Source: a virus (Duplodnaviria > Caudoviricetes). From it: DNA of 64,000 nucleotides. The notes beneath the pieces are model-generated. The model searched no databases and was not told where the DNA came from. It saw only the letters and a list, made by a program, of their open reading frames with translations. The stretch's first letter is position 1; each line of letters opens with the position of its first letter. This document shows positions 19,601 to 29,714 of the stretch, piece after piece. Location of the stretch: positions 72,570-136,569 of IMG/VR virus record IMGVR_UViG_3300014204_000122; one strand, 5' to 3'. The position numbers and the translations under genes are program-made.

Positions 19601-20453
19601 TAACTTCTACAAATTTTCCGGCAGTATTTGAGTTAAATACGTTATAAGGAGTATTTATAATATATTTAAACCAAGAATCAATTGAAACAACACCTTTAGT
19701 GTTATTAATAAAAATTTCAATACCTTTTGTTGAACTATTATATCTTCCTGAAGTGTTTGTTTGATAAGTAAGCCATGATTGATTTAAATTACTTCCAGGG
19801 TTACTTGTATCGAATCCAGTAGCTAGTAATTTACCTTCTACTTTTTGAAAAATATTAACAATTTTACTAGTTTTAGCAATAGCTAAAGATGGATGAGTAA
19901 TATTACCACACTCTACACTTATTTGTGAATCTATATGAGGGTTTCCATTAACATGTAAAAATAAATAAAAGTCTATTTTATATTCTCTAGAGTTGTTTCC
20001 TAATCCAGTTGAATCAAAAGTCATGTTATAATTATCTTTAATTCCAATAACAGGTATAGAACTAGATACGGGCACTCCATTGTTATCTTCAAAATCACTT
20101 ACTTTGGTATAAAAATCTCCTATTTCATAAGCATTAGTTACATTAGTAATAGGCCTATACATATATCCATTAACACTACCAACGGCTGTTGAAGGATAGG
20201 AAATAACTACAAGTGTTTGCCAGTGATTAATATGAGTAATACCATTTTCATCTATACTAGTACCCCCAGGAGCATCAGTACTATAAGTTATAGTAGTTTT
20301 ATCATCTATTTCATCTTGAACTTCAACTACGAAGTTTTTTAAATTTATATTTTCTATAATTTTTGAAGAAGTTTGTATATCTTCTATATAGTCATTTTCT
20401 AATTTTAAACCATCAGAGGTTAAACAATAGAAATAATTTTTAGTAATACTCAT
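16629..20453 (-). CDS. Large baseplate/tail structural protein
   Basis: 1274 aa, N/T/S/I-rich; C-terminal LVYAKISPPIVK...INLEF typical of myovirus baseplate proteins; lies in structural operon. Confidence 0.65.
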   Translation of the reverse strand: MSITKNYFYCLTSDGLKLENDYIEDIQTSSKIIENINLKNFVVEVQDEIDDKTTITYSTDAPGGTSIDENGITHINHWQTLVVISYPSTAVGSVNGYMYRPITNVTNAYEIGDFYTKVSDFEDNNGVPVSSSIPVIGIKDNYNMTFDSTGLGNNSREYKIDFYLFLHVNGNPHIDSQISVECGNITHPSLAIAKTSKIVNIFQKVEGKLLATGFDTSNPGSNLNQSWLTYQTNTSGRYNSSTKGIEIFINNTKGVVSIDSWFKYIINTPYNVFNSNTAGKFVEVISNSSSWRAVNFSSSDTFVIGVPLIGASSIKSGPNIKHIYVIINNSFSTYYGEVGSVYKTSFKLPTFKIKTLERSSLSIIDNETSTLTLSLDNISNTGITNIDEFVQGSHTYELSLSDCKNLLTRFYNVKYIIKNIITNTIYKEYIYNYTTDQIINLPQGNWKVELIAEYPADTCYFKDMAEIYLQGQIVLGSSDIITILVNGNILAQNTDLKFLKLHKSQLLGNCTINYHNLYPFGVYFEGNNILEQNLTNNYYGETVNCSNYENILSSPLKEKGIFYKSIFFNKITELIDETTGENYEVKILYTGEVFNNNSFEYITIPIDIEIGGFVVIPTGKYKVLSYTENSINIFLESALINAPMFDTYVSNSYSFEFTKYFWNEVYTTPIGLYDTLTIESDKIIKEIIIEDVHTVPTDGSYLIVQYLPNEILGASSGTDGINNIPYFFNQETYIYQITSVTQIGNTFDIDVDKNFINIVGSGKYLLILLNRNWNTEDLYNSLWQQREIHRDQMLGDNTSSKKNYINYKGSEYFGIKSQLQDLLPVITGFKTPFTVLNLNEQIKDRITIAENISLEIPYLIIQKNNGVEPAWFVNNINELKNDNNSLGNYSPLYTLFNSVKKIGYILHDLNLVLLFDTEITLALGYSSNRNYTLLPITAGETFSNITPTGVSFINEIRYDTTIGTTIISLNQPHNYKDGDIIYIKDVPGANSSIFTSTPDNILCVYKVIDQDSFYVAKYISGVYGNINWITEPILLTTPSFSGRPGYTYSNKPSYEYFITYNIENEHCESILCGELIPFNFSIPSKNEDGSYNNATSLFKVNLPQFNITSVNMGSMIANIIIGKYDYDIEDPYNITGVKDLKIVNTIPYVVGEEVTVDLAGYLNSINIYEIESELITTMATPHILIGNLSHKEQVTQYGLTFNIKAEADKWNKSVNPTFDEGNSLHNKKLISEIAFHITNRDGNVNSLPLVYAKISPPIVKDNLADLNIKINLEF

Positions 20454-20455
20454 TT

Positions 20456-21172
20456 TTAATATTTATAAACTAATTGTTTTTTTATTGCAGATTCATTACC
20501 TATAATACTTAATATATTTTCTCGTCCTAAAGTATTCCAAGTTTTAGGTTTAAGAAAAGAAAATGAATTATTATCTAAATCATATATTATTTCCCACCCT
20601 GTAGGAATATCTGATTCTATGGGATTTGTAAGAAAACCATTATTATCAAAAATTAAAGGCACGTTATTATTTAAAATAGTATAAGGTTCTTTTAATTGTA
20701 ATAAATTACCATTACTATCTGTATAATTATCTATAAGAGTTTTAGGCAATATAACATATCCATCAGTGTTAGGTTCTGTATATAGTAAGGTAAAAAAATT
20801 ATTTGCATTTATTAAAGTAGGTTTACTTCTTTTTGTAAAAAAAGTAATTGAATCGGGAGGATAATTATAGTTAGAACTTAATTCTACAACATTATTAGGT
20901 GTTTTAAAAATTTTAACAACATTAGCATGTATTTCTCCACTTACGTTATTTATATCTCCAGTATATATTAATTTATGCTTAATTCCATAAGATTTAAACG
21001 GAGAATTAAAAGATCTTATATTTTCATAAGAAGCAGACATTTCATAATCGATATCACTATCCCCTAAAGAAATATTAGATATTTTAATACCACTAGTACT
21101 ACCTCTTTGAGAAAATAAACGTCTAAGTTCATCTTGTACTTTTATATCTAATGTAATATTATTCATTTTCAA
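20456..21172 (-). CDS. Putative baseplate/virion protein
   Basis: ISLGDSDIDY motif; operon context. Confidence 0.55.
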   Translation of the reverse strand: MKMNNITLDIKVQDELRRLFSQRGSTSGIKISNISLGDSDIDYEMSASYENIRSFNSPFKSYGIKHKLIYTGDINNVSGEIHANVVKIFKTPNNVVELSSNYNYPPDSITFFTKRSKPTLINANNFFTLLYTEPNTDGYVILPKTLIDNYTDSNGNLLQLKEPYTILNNNVPLIFDNNGFLTNPIESDIPTGWEIIYDLDNNSFSFLKPKTWNTLGRENILSIIGNESAIKKQLVYKY

Positions 21173-21992
21173 TTATTATTTTTAAAACTTCATTATAAGA
21201 AATCTTCTTTTTATCTATTATACTTTGAATACACGTTCCAGATTCATTTAAAAAAGGAAGAGCGTTAATTTCTAAAATTTTATATTCTCCGTTTTTTATC
21301 ATAAAATCGATTGTACAACAAGATTTTATATTTAGTTTTTTATATATATCTTCAAAATCTTTTTCTATAAAATTAAAAACAAGATCTTTATTATCATATA
21401 TATATTTTACTTCTTCATTGTTATTTTTATTCCAAGTAGAACCTTGTTTTTTAATTAAAACAGGAGAACAAACTTTACCTTTTAATACAGTTATTGTATA
21501 TTCTGTCCAATTATCATCAACAGATAAATATTCTTCATATAAATAATTATCATCATATTTTTTTTCGTTATTTATTATTTTAACAGCAGCAGAATTTTCT
21601 CCTATTTTAGGTTTTTTAATACAAGGAAATTTTATATTAGCTTCCAAGTATGTTTTAGGAATATTTATTTTATTTTTTTTAGCCCATGTTTTAAATTTGG
21701 TTTTATCACCACAGATTTCTATAATCTCTTTAGAAGAAAACAAATAAGGCTTTTGATATTTATCTAAATATTCCTGAATTAACCCAGACTCACTCCAACC
21801 AAATTGTATACAGGGTAAAATTATATCAAATTCTATTTTTTTTACAATATGTTCTAAATCTTTTATACCTCTAATATCGGTTAAGTAAACATCGTGTTTA
21901 TCTTCTTTTAAGGTATTATAAAGCTCTCTTGATACTATTTGAGTTAAGCCACTGCCTTCACCAATTGTTTTGTTTAAAATTAATATTTTCAT
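21159..21992 (-). CDS. ATP-grasp ligase (D-Ala-D-Ala ligase-like)
   Basis: ESGLIQEYLD..PY, DKTKFK, FPCIKKP...S, YEEYL...EYTITVL, IDF, LEINALP. Confidence 0.8.
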   Translation of the reverse strand: MKILILNKTIGEGSGLTQIVSRELYNTLKEDKHDVYLTDIRGIKDLEHIVKKIEFDIILPCIQFGWSESGLIQEYLDKYQKPYLFSSKEIIEICGDKTKFKTWAKKNKINIPKTYLEANIKFPCIKKPKIGENSAAVKIINNEKKYDDNYLYEEYLSVDDNWTEYTITVLKGKVCSPVLIKKQGSTWNKNNNEEVKYIYDNKDLVFNFIEKDFEDIYKKLNIKSCCTIDFMIKNGEYKILEINALPFLNESGTCIQSIIDKKKISYNEVLKIIIENE

Positions 21993-21993
21993 T

Positions 21994-23790
21994 TTATATT
22001 GTTATATAATATCCTTTACTTATTAATACTATGTTTTCTTTTATATCAGAAGGAATATTGAATTCCAATTCAATTTGTTCTCCCTGTCTTAAAGAGGTAT
22101 ATTTATCTTTAAACTCATAATTAATAGGTTTAATAGTTATATCTCCAATTTTTATATAAATATAATCTATATAAGATATTTCATTTTTTTCTTCTTTAAT
22201 ATATATATTTAATTTATTATCTTTTATATAAAAAGAATCTATACTTGTTTCTGATATTTTATCATTAAGAATACCTTCTTGATTTTCTAAAATTTCTGAA
22301 TAAAATATTTGTTTATTGTTATAATTTAAATATAAGTAAGGACAAGCAATATCAATATAAGGACTAATTATACCACCAGATGTACTTCTTGAACTACTAA
22401 AAAGAGAATGATCACATTGTATGTCATTAAGAGTATATCTTGTTCTTAATTGCATTTGTGAAAAAGTACTGTTTTTATTTCTTGTTGAATAAATTTTTGG
22501 GTTTTCACTATATGATACATCAACTATTGAAGCTGACATTACCATCGATTGATCAGATTCAGGAGATTTAATAGATATAGTAGTTTGTGGTGATAAAACA
22601 TAACCTGTATCTGGAGAAATACCCCCAAGACCAGTTACTGTTATTAGTCTATGTAAAATTCCTTCAATTTCGATATCACTGTAGGTACTATAATAAACTG
22701 ATTTACCATTATAGGTAATATTATTTCCCAATTCAAGTGAAGGGATACTATTTATTGCTAATAGTTGATTAAAAGAATAAACAACTCCGAGAAAATTTGA
22801 TCCGTCATAACTCATTGTAAATAAAGGATTATATAATGTACTACCATTTTTCCCCTTCTCTACTGTTATATAAATTTCGTCTGTATTAGCATCAACAACA
22901 GTAGGAATATCTAATATTTTAAAAGTATAAGTATCACTATCATAACTTAAAGTATCTCCAATAGATAAAATTGGTTTTATTCCATAGCCTTCGGTACTTA
23001 ACACAGGTGTTAGTTTTATAGTATTATAATTTACAATAAAACCAGTAAAAGTATTATTAGTCACATCTGTTAAGTGCTGCAATTCTAAATATTTATTTAA
23101 TTGTATTGAACTAAAAGCAACAGGATTTGAGTTTCCGGCAACAGGACGTTGAACCAAAGATCCGGGAGTTGAACTGTATGTAGCTGTATTAGTTAAATTA
23201 TAAGCAAGTTCTCCAAGATAAATTTTTCTTGTTAAATCTTTTAAAGATAATATATCTCTTTTTCTTATAAAAGTTTCATCCATATCAACAATGTCACCTA
23301 ATTCATTAGTATTCCAATCATAAGGCTTAGCTGTTTCGCTTGTTCCTAATATATAAGAATATCTAGCAGTGCGAATAATATGACATTTTTTAAATATAGT
23401 ATCTTCATATTCAACAGGAGAGGCGTTAATATCAAAAGAATTTTCGTCACTATAACTAGTTTTAGGGATAATAATACAACCAAGATCTTCAAATTCAGGA
23501 TCACTAACTCCAAAATAATTTCCTTGATTTAATAATGCAGCAGCTTCTATAGAATAGAATTGTTTATTATAATAAACAATACCAGGGTTGCCTATAAGAG
23601 TGTCAGATCTTTGGTTTGCGTGTTGTGTTCTTAAAGGGAGAAAATCTGCATCTAATAATATTGCTTGATCGGCATTAATATTAAAAGAATTTAAGAATGT
23701 ATAAAAAGCCTTATCACTTCTTTCTTTTAAAGTTATAAAATCATCTTTCCTAACAGGGTGACCACTTTCGTGAAATATTAAATCTTTCAT
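21994..23790 (-). CDS. Putative tail/virion protein
   Basis: GHPVRKDDF N-terminus, ACPYLY C-terminal module; operon context. Confidence 0.55.
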   Translation of the reverse strand: MKDLIFHESGHPVRKDDFITLKERSDKAFYTFLNSFNINADQAILLDADFLPLRTQHANQRSDTLIGNPGIVYYNKQFYSIEAAALLNQGNYFGVSDPEFEDLGCIIIPKTSYSDENSFDINASPVEYEDTIFKKCHIIRTARYSYILGTSETAKPYDWNTNELGDIVDMDETFIRKRDILSLKDLTRKIYLGELAYNLTNTATYSSTPGSLVQRPVAGNSNPVAFSSIQLNKYLELQHLTDVTNNTFTGFIVNYNTIKLTPVLSTEGYGIKPILSIGDTLSYDSDTYTFKILDIPTVVDANTDEIYITVEKGKNGSTLYNPLFTMSYDGSNFLGVVYSFNQLLAINSIPSLELGNNITYNGKSVYYSTYSDIEIEGILHRLITVTGLGGISPDTGYVLSPQTTISIKSPESDQSMVMSASIVDVSYSENPKIYSTRNKNSTFSQMQLRTRYTLNDIQCDHSLFSSSRSTSGGIISPYIDIACPYLYLNYNNKQIFYSEILENQEGILNDKISETSIDSFYIKDNKLNIYIKEEKNEISYIDYIYIKIGDITIKPINYEFKDKYTSLRQGEQIELEFNIPSDIKENIVLISKGYYITI

Positions 23791-23805
23791 TTTATTTTTT
23801 TGTTT

Positions 23806-26800
23806 TTATTTTGCATATAATTGTTTATTTACTGTAATTTCGGCAGCTTCGTTTTTATCATAAATATAAATATCAAAACCATTTTCTCTAGTCCAATAAA
23901 TATAATTTGATGGAATAATTTCTTTTGGCTCACTATACCAAACTATTAAATCATTACTTCCATATGTTTCTTCGTGACAAGCAGATAAATCTTTTGGAGT
24001 ACTAATATATGAGTATATTGATTCTCCGTCTGTATTTGTAGTACTAAACGCGCCATTAGTTTCAAAACCTATTTGTAAATATAAAGTTGAAGGATTTCCA
24101 TATTGATTTACAAAATTTTGTAAATTAACAGAGTTTTCATTTCCTAAACTTAAATAAACATCCAAACCGTTGTGAATACAGGTAATATAATCAGAAAATT
24201 CAGAAGATATACTATTCATAAGATTTGTTACTAATGAATATAAATTATTATTATTTCCAGTATTATATCTAATTAAGTTTTCTATAACAACATTATCATT
24301 TTTATCTATAATGTTTACAACAAAGGTTTGGTTTGTTTTTGTAGCAAGAACCTTAAAACTTGAGTGAGATGGAGAGTTTAAATAATGTCCTTCGTTTTTA
24401 AAAAAAGCCTTCGGATATCTATACTTACTTATAAAAAAATTATATATTAAATTAAATCCAGTAATGTTAATTACAATAGGAATAAATTGTTTTATTATAT
24501 TTTCAAATTTTAAGCTTGTATTTTTAGAATATCTTAATAAATCTAGATAATTTAAAACTGTATCAGAAAAAGTATAATAATTATTTATAATAGATTCTAA
24601 ATTAATATATGTATAGTCTTCATGTATAGCGTTTGTCCAACCATTTTCTTTTATTATATTTTTAACAAAATTATTATTTAATATTGTTTCTACTGCGTTT
24701 AAAGAAGTTTCTATAAAAACAGGATTAGGGTAGTTTTTAAATAAAGAATTAAAATTTGATCTGTTTACGTTAGATAATTCAACTAGATTACTATTTAAAT
24801 TAAAAAAAGAATTAGTTTTGTAAGCAACAGAAGAAGCAACAGAAGTAGAAGGTAATGAACTTCTATAATTGGCAATTATTTTAATATAATCATTAACATA
24901 TTCATCGTTAATTTTCTCTTGATCAGAAAAATTAAACCACCATTTTTCTATTTCGTTTCCTAAAGTATTTGTTAAATTAGTATCTTCAATATCTGGTTGA
25001 TTAATATATAATTTTTCATAAACTGCTATTTTATGAACATACATATTAATATTCACAGGCATTCCTGTAAATAAATCCCACCATTGTAATTCATTATTAT
25101 ATTCTACACTAATAGGATCATTTCCTAAAAGTTCCAAAGAATTCAATGGTAAAACTCTTCTTTTTAATATATCAGCTTTAGGAAAACATGATGATCCAAG
25201 AAAATTCTCAGTAGCTATTTGTTCGGGTGTTTTGGGAACATCTTCAAAACATTCTCTCCAAGGAATAAAATCATAAAATTTATAATCTTTAAATATTTCT
25301 ATGCCTTCTAATCTATATGTTAGTTTTATACAGTGATATAAACCATCACAATTAAATATATTTTGACATATAGCAACTCTATCATAAATACCAGTCGATC
25401 CTGGAGCTTTAGATCTAAGTCTTAATCTTACAACTAAATCATTTTCTTCTAAAGAAGCAATAATATATTCACTAGCAGGACTAACTTTATAATTTGCATT
25501 AACTGGAGCAGGAACTTCGTCTGTAGGGTATTTGTTGGGTAAAAAAAGTGAAATGTTATTATTCCAACTATAAAATTCACTCATACCTCCATAAATTTCT
25601 CTATAAACTTTATTTTCATAAGCTAAAGAACCATTTAAATCACCATCATCAATGCAATTAAACGTAAAAGTATCAGAATCTAGTCTAGTGATTTGTTTTA
25701 GTCCTATTGTTTGTATAAGGTTTGAAATATATGTTACATTTATTTCATCACCAGTTACATATCCATGAAATTTTGAATATACTGTAATTTTAGAGTTTTC
25801 GCGAGTCCAAGAAACCTTTTCATCCAAATCTCTTAATAAGGGTATTTGATAAGTATAATAGTTTTTAATTTTATCTATACTTATACCCTCCGCATAATTA
25901 ACATCGTTTTCTATTATAAAAATAGAACCGTTATATGAATAATAACTTGATGTGTTTACAGCATGATATTTAAAAGAAACATTTCCTATTATTAATGTAT
26001 CAAAAGTTTCTTCTTCATACATTAAATTATCGCTAATATTAAAATATACATTATCTATAACTGATGTATAAGTAACATCATATTCACCATATTTGTTTAA
26101 CTCATCTAATTTATATAATCCACATAATTGAAACTTTGCTTTGTTTAAATTATCAGGAGAATCTTTATCTATAAAATAATCAATACTTACACCACTAAAT
26201 TTTTCTGGAAAAGATAAAGGTAAAGCATAATATTCAGGATTGTTTATTCCATTTCTTTCTATAGGTTGAAGATTTAAATAGCTATTTTGTTTAAAAAGCA
26301 CATATTGTTTTATGTTTTGTAAATATTTGGAAATATCATTAGCAATAGCCTCTGTAGGATCCATGTTTAATGATATTTCTCTTAAGTTATATATATTTTC
26401 ATTATCATAAACAGGTTTGTAATGATATGGTTTATTTTCAGGACTTGAAGGATTTGTTTTATTAACAAATTTAGATGTATCTATTGTATATGTAATATTG
26501 GGAACGTTAACTTTTTCATTATTTGATTGTTTATATCCAAATCCCTCAGCATTGTTCCAATAATATTCATATTCATATATATTAGTCAATCCATTAGGAG
26601 ATCCTAATAAGTTAATTAAAGATTCTATACAGGCAATAGTACCTTTTTTACTATATAAATATAATAAATTTACTAATAAATATTTTTGTCTTTTTTGAGA
26701 GAACTCTCTTAATTTAGAATTATCTAATAAAACTTGATTATCTGTATACATAGAACTTCTTGTATTGGTTTGATCAAGTATTAATGTATTTAAATAATCT

Positions 26801-28611
26801 TCTTGGTTTTCATCATATAATTTAATACCATAATGATCTGAGTATAATTTATAAAACTCAGGGGATAATTGATTAAATTCAGAATAATTTAAAGTATGAG
26901 TATATTGTAAAAAATCTATATATATTTTAATATAATCAAACATTTTACCAGCAAGTAATACATATCTAGTAAACATATTACTTTCAGATTCATTCATTTC
27001 ATTAATTAATTCATGAGGAATACAACGTCTAATTAATTGATTAGTTACATTTTGATCTAAATCAATAGCACCAATTAAATTATTAGAATCATCTTCTGTT
27101 TCTCTATAATATGAAAAATCTGTATTACTTTTATCCTTAACCATATTATCTGGATTTTGAATCCAGTGCTTAAAATCATCTCCTTCTATTATAATATTAT
27201 TAGTAATAGGTTCTCTAGGCCAAGGAGTAGGATTTAGAAAGTTTAACAAAGCTTTTTGTACACCATCTAATTGATTTTCATAATCTATAATATATTCCAA
27301 GTTAGGAGATAATAAAAATCCTTTATAAGTAAGAGATAGCTCATCAGGCGTTTTGTATGATATGTAGTTAGCTTGAGTTAATCTTCCATTTATTTGAACG
27401 TTTAAAATATCATCAGGTAAAACCATTTTAATTTCATAAACATTATCTTCTATGAATTGTTCTATATCATAATAAGTATCTTCAACCAAGTCGGGTGTAA
27501 AAAAAGTTATAATAGTTTCAGAGCCTATAACACTAATATCTTTTATTCTTAAAACAGCTATAGTTTCATAATATTCAACAATTTCTTCAATAGCTCCAAA
27601 ACCAGTATTAACAAAATAATTTCTTACAAAAGAAACTTTATCATTTTCTTTAATATGCTGTGGAAATCCTAAATTAGTATCTAACTTAATCTCTATAGGA
27701 TCCCCTAAGGAAGTTATTTCAGTAGTTTGTATATTATTGGAAGTATAAGATAATACAGCCGTTTTACCTCTTTGTAGTATTTCCAAATCTTCTAATTCTG
27801 AAGACATATTAATAAAATCAACAACTGTATAAATTCGATCAATAGAATAAAAAGGATATTGTTTATCTTTGATAATGGTTGCTTCTCCCAGTTTTGTATT
27901 TAAAGTATCATCTTCATAAAAAGTTATAATACCTCCAAGTTTATAAGTTTCAGGGGTTTGTATTTCAATAACATAGCCAAATTCAACATCTTCACTAGTA
28001 TATGGGGATACACTACCTATTATACCTGTTTTAAATATATTAAAATTAGATATAGGATATCTATTGTTTTCTTTATCTATTATATCATAATTTTGAGTCC
28101 AATTATAGTTTCCATTATTTGTAAAAGAAATTAATCCTTTAAAAATAGTATCTTCTTTTAAACTAAAATAAAAATATGTATTTAATCCCCTAATATAAGG
28201 CTCAATTAAATTTTCTTCCCCTTGTTCATTTAAAATTCGAGCAATAAAAGCTTTATAAGGATAAGATTCTGATAAATAACTTATTTGATAACTTAATTCA
28301 GTATAAGAAGAACCAAAAAAAACAGTATTTCTTATATCTTCATTATCAATTAAAAGTTGAGTATATTTTGATAAAAAAACAGTCATAGCGTTATCTGATA
28401 AACTAGAATCAGATGATGTAATTTGAGAATTAAGACTATTTTTAATTTGCTCAAGTGTAAGAATTATATTAGGTGATATTACATTGTTAGAATTAGTAAC
28501 AATTGTACTGTTTGGAATATTAGAAAAAACTCCATTGGGAGTTAAACTACTTCCAAAAAATTTACCACCTTTAATTGCATCATCTCCACTAGAGGTTAAT
28601 ATTGTTGGCAT
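23806..28611 (-). CDS. Large baseplate wedge-like protein
   Basis: GKMFDYIKIYID...LLYLYSKKGTIACIESLINLLG resembles wedge (gp7/P2 gpI-type) motif. Confidence 0.65.
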   Translation of the reverse strand: MPTILTSSGDDAIKGGKFFGSSLTPNGVFSNIPNSTIVTNSNNVISPNIILTLEQIKNSLNSQITSSDSSLSDNAMTVFLSKYTQLLIDNEDIRNTVFFGSSYTELSYQISYLSESYPYKAFIARILNEQGEENLIEPYIRGLNTYFYFSLKEDTIFKGLISFTNNGNYNWTQNYDIIDKENNRYPISNFNIFKTGIIGSVSPYTSEDVEFGYVIEIQTPETYKLGGIITFYEDDTLNTKLGEATIIKDKQYPFYSIDRIYTVVDFINMSSELEDLEILQRGKTAVLSYTSNNIQTTEITSLGDPIEIKLDTNLGFPQHIKENDKVSFVRNYFVNTGFGAIEEIVEYYETIAVLRIKDISVIGSETIITFFTPDLVEDTYYDIEQFIEDNVYEIKMVLPDDILNVQINGRLTQANYISYKTPDELSLTYKGFLLSPNLEYIIDYENQLDGVQKALLNFLNPTPWPREPITNNIIIEGDDFKHWIQNPDNMVKDKSNTDFSYYRETEDDSNNLIGAIDLDQNVTNQLIRRCIPHELINEMNESESNMFTRYVLLAGKMFDYIKIYIDFLQYTHTLNYSEFNQLSPEFYKLYSDHYGIKLYDENQEDYLNTLILDQTNTRSSMYTDNQVLLDNSKLREFSQKRQKYLLVNLLYLYSKKGTIACIESLINLLGSPNGLTNIYEYEYYWNNAEGFGYKQSNNEKVNVPNITYTIDTSKFVNKTNPSSPENKPYHYKPVYDNENIYNLREISLNMDPTEAIANDISKYLQNIKQYVLFKQNSYLNLQPIERNGINNPEYYALPLSFPEKFSGVSIDYFIDKDSPDNLNKAKFQLCGLYKLDELNKYGEYDVTYTSVIDNVYFNISDNLMYEEETFDTLIIGNVSFKYHAVNTSSYYSYNGSIFIIENDVNYAEGISIDKIKNYYTYQIPLLRDLDEKVSWTRENSKITVYSKFHGYVTGDEINVTYISNLIQTIGLKQITRLDSDTFTFNCIDDGDLNGSLAYENKVYREIYGGMSEFYSWNNNISLFLPNKYPTDEVPAPVNANYKVSPASEYIIASLEENDLVVRLRLRSKAPGSTGIYDRVAICQNIFNCDGLYHCIKLTYRLEGIEIFKDYKFYDFIPWRECFEDVPKTPEQIATENFLGSSCFPKADILKRRVLPLNSLELLGNDPISVEYNNELQWWDLFTGMPVNINMYVHKIAVYEKLYINQPDIEDTNLTNTLGNEIEKWWFNFSDQEKINDEYVNDYIKIIANYRSSLPSTSVASSVAYKTNSFFNLNSNLVELSNVNRSNFNSLFKNYPNPVFIETSLNAVETILNNNFVKNIIKENGWTNAIHEDYTYINLESIINNYYTFSDTVLNYLDLLRYSKNTSLKFENIIKQFIPIVINITGFNLIYNFFISKYRYPKAFFKNEGHYLNSPSHSSFKVLATKTNQTFVVNIIDKNDNVVIENLIRYNTGNNNNLYSLVTNLMNSISSEFSDYITCIHNGLDVYLSLGNENSVNLQNFVNQYGNPSTLYLQIGFETNGAFSTTNTDGESIYSYISTPKDLSACHEETYGSNDLIVWYSEPKEIIPSNYIYWTRENGFDIYIYDKNEAAEITVNKQLYAK

Positions 28612-28612
28612 T

Positions 28613-29710
28613 TTATTCTATATTTAAATTTTTTCTAACTTCTTTATTGTTTACTTGAGATATTTGATAAGAAGCTATTATTGTACCATCTATACTTCCA
28701 TCTTCAGAAACAGTAATACCATTATCATCATATATTTCAAAAACATTAGTTTGCAAATCTCTTGCAACATCATTTTTAATATATTGAGATAAACCAGTAA
28801 TAGAATTATTAATAGATTGAAAATTTAATATAATAGATATAGCATTGAAATATGATTCTTTTGGATAAATTTTTAATATATCACCAACAATTATATTTTG
28901 AAATGGAGAATCATATCCTATATAATTAGGAGAGAGTTCTAGGTTAACTAAAGCATTTGTATTAATATCATCGTTAGATATAAATTTAGTTGTTTTATAT
29001 TCACCAGATGAAGAATAAACCTCTACAACAGACCCTAATAAACGTCCTTTTTGTTGTAAATGATTAATGTTTTCAAATTCCCATATTGTGTTTAAAAATG
29101 GATTTTTATCTACACTATAATAGGTTCTCCTTTTTAAAGAAGTATTTGTAGAATTGACATAAGCTGTAGAAACAGATAAACTTCCACTTGTTGCTTCATA
29201 AGGGAGATGTTTTCCTAGACTAATAGTAGAAACAGTCGTAGTTATACACTTGGATTGAATACTTAAATAATATAATCCATAATTATATGTATTATCATTA
29301 TAATTTTTAAATCTATATTGAGGAATTTCTAATAATTGAATTTTATTTCCAAGAACTTTAATTTTTTCTTCATCGTTCAAAAATAAGTTTTCAGACTCAA
29401 TATTTTCATTACTAATAAAAAAATCTGCAAAAATAGGGTTAATAATATGAATAGTATCTATCGTTGATACACCTACATATTGTGTTGGGCTTTTAAATCC
29501 AGGGAAAAGGGGACTAAGATTGGTTCTATTAGCTGAAAGTAAAGAATAAGGAGTTTGACTAATTCCTTCATAATTAGTTTGACTATTTACAAAATCTTTT
29601 AATATCCATGATGCACTCTCTTCTGTGGGTATAAACATCATTTTAGGAGAGGTTGGTGAAATAGGTATATAATTTACTATACTATTATCTGAAAAATCAA
29701 ATTGTCTCAT
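28613..29710 (-). CDS. Putative virion structural protein
   Basis: Coupled ORF in structural operon. Confidence 0.55.
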   Translation of the reverse strand: MRQFDFSDNSIVNYIPISPTSPKMMFIPTEESASWILKDFVNSQTNYEGISQTPYSLLSANRTNLSPLFPGFKSPTQYVGVSTIDTIHIINPIFADFFISNENIESENLFLNDEEKIKVLGNKIQLLEIPQYRFKNYNDNTYNYGLYYLSIQSKCITTTVSTISLGKHLPYEATSGSLSVSTAYVNSTNTSLKRRTYYSVDKNPFLNTIWEFENINHLQQKGRLLGSVVEVYSSSGEYKTTKFISNDDINTNALVNLELSPNYIGYDSPFQNIIVGDILKIYPKESYFNAISIILNFQSINNSITGLSQYIKNDVARDLQTNVFEIYDDNGITVSEDGSIDGTIIASYQISQVNNKEVRKNLNIE

Positions 29711-29714
29711 GTTT

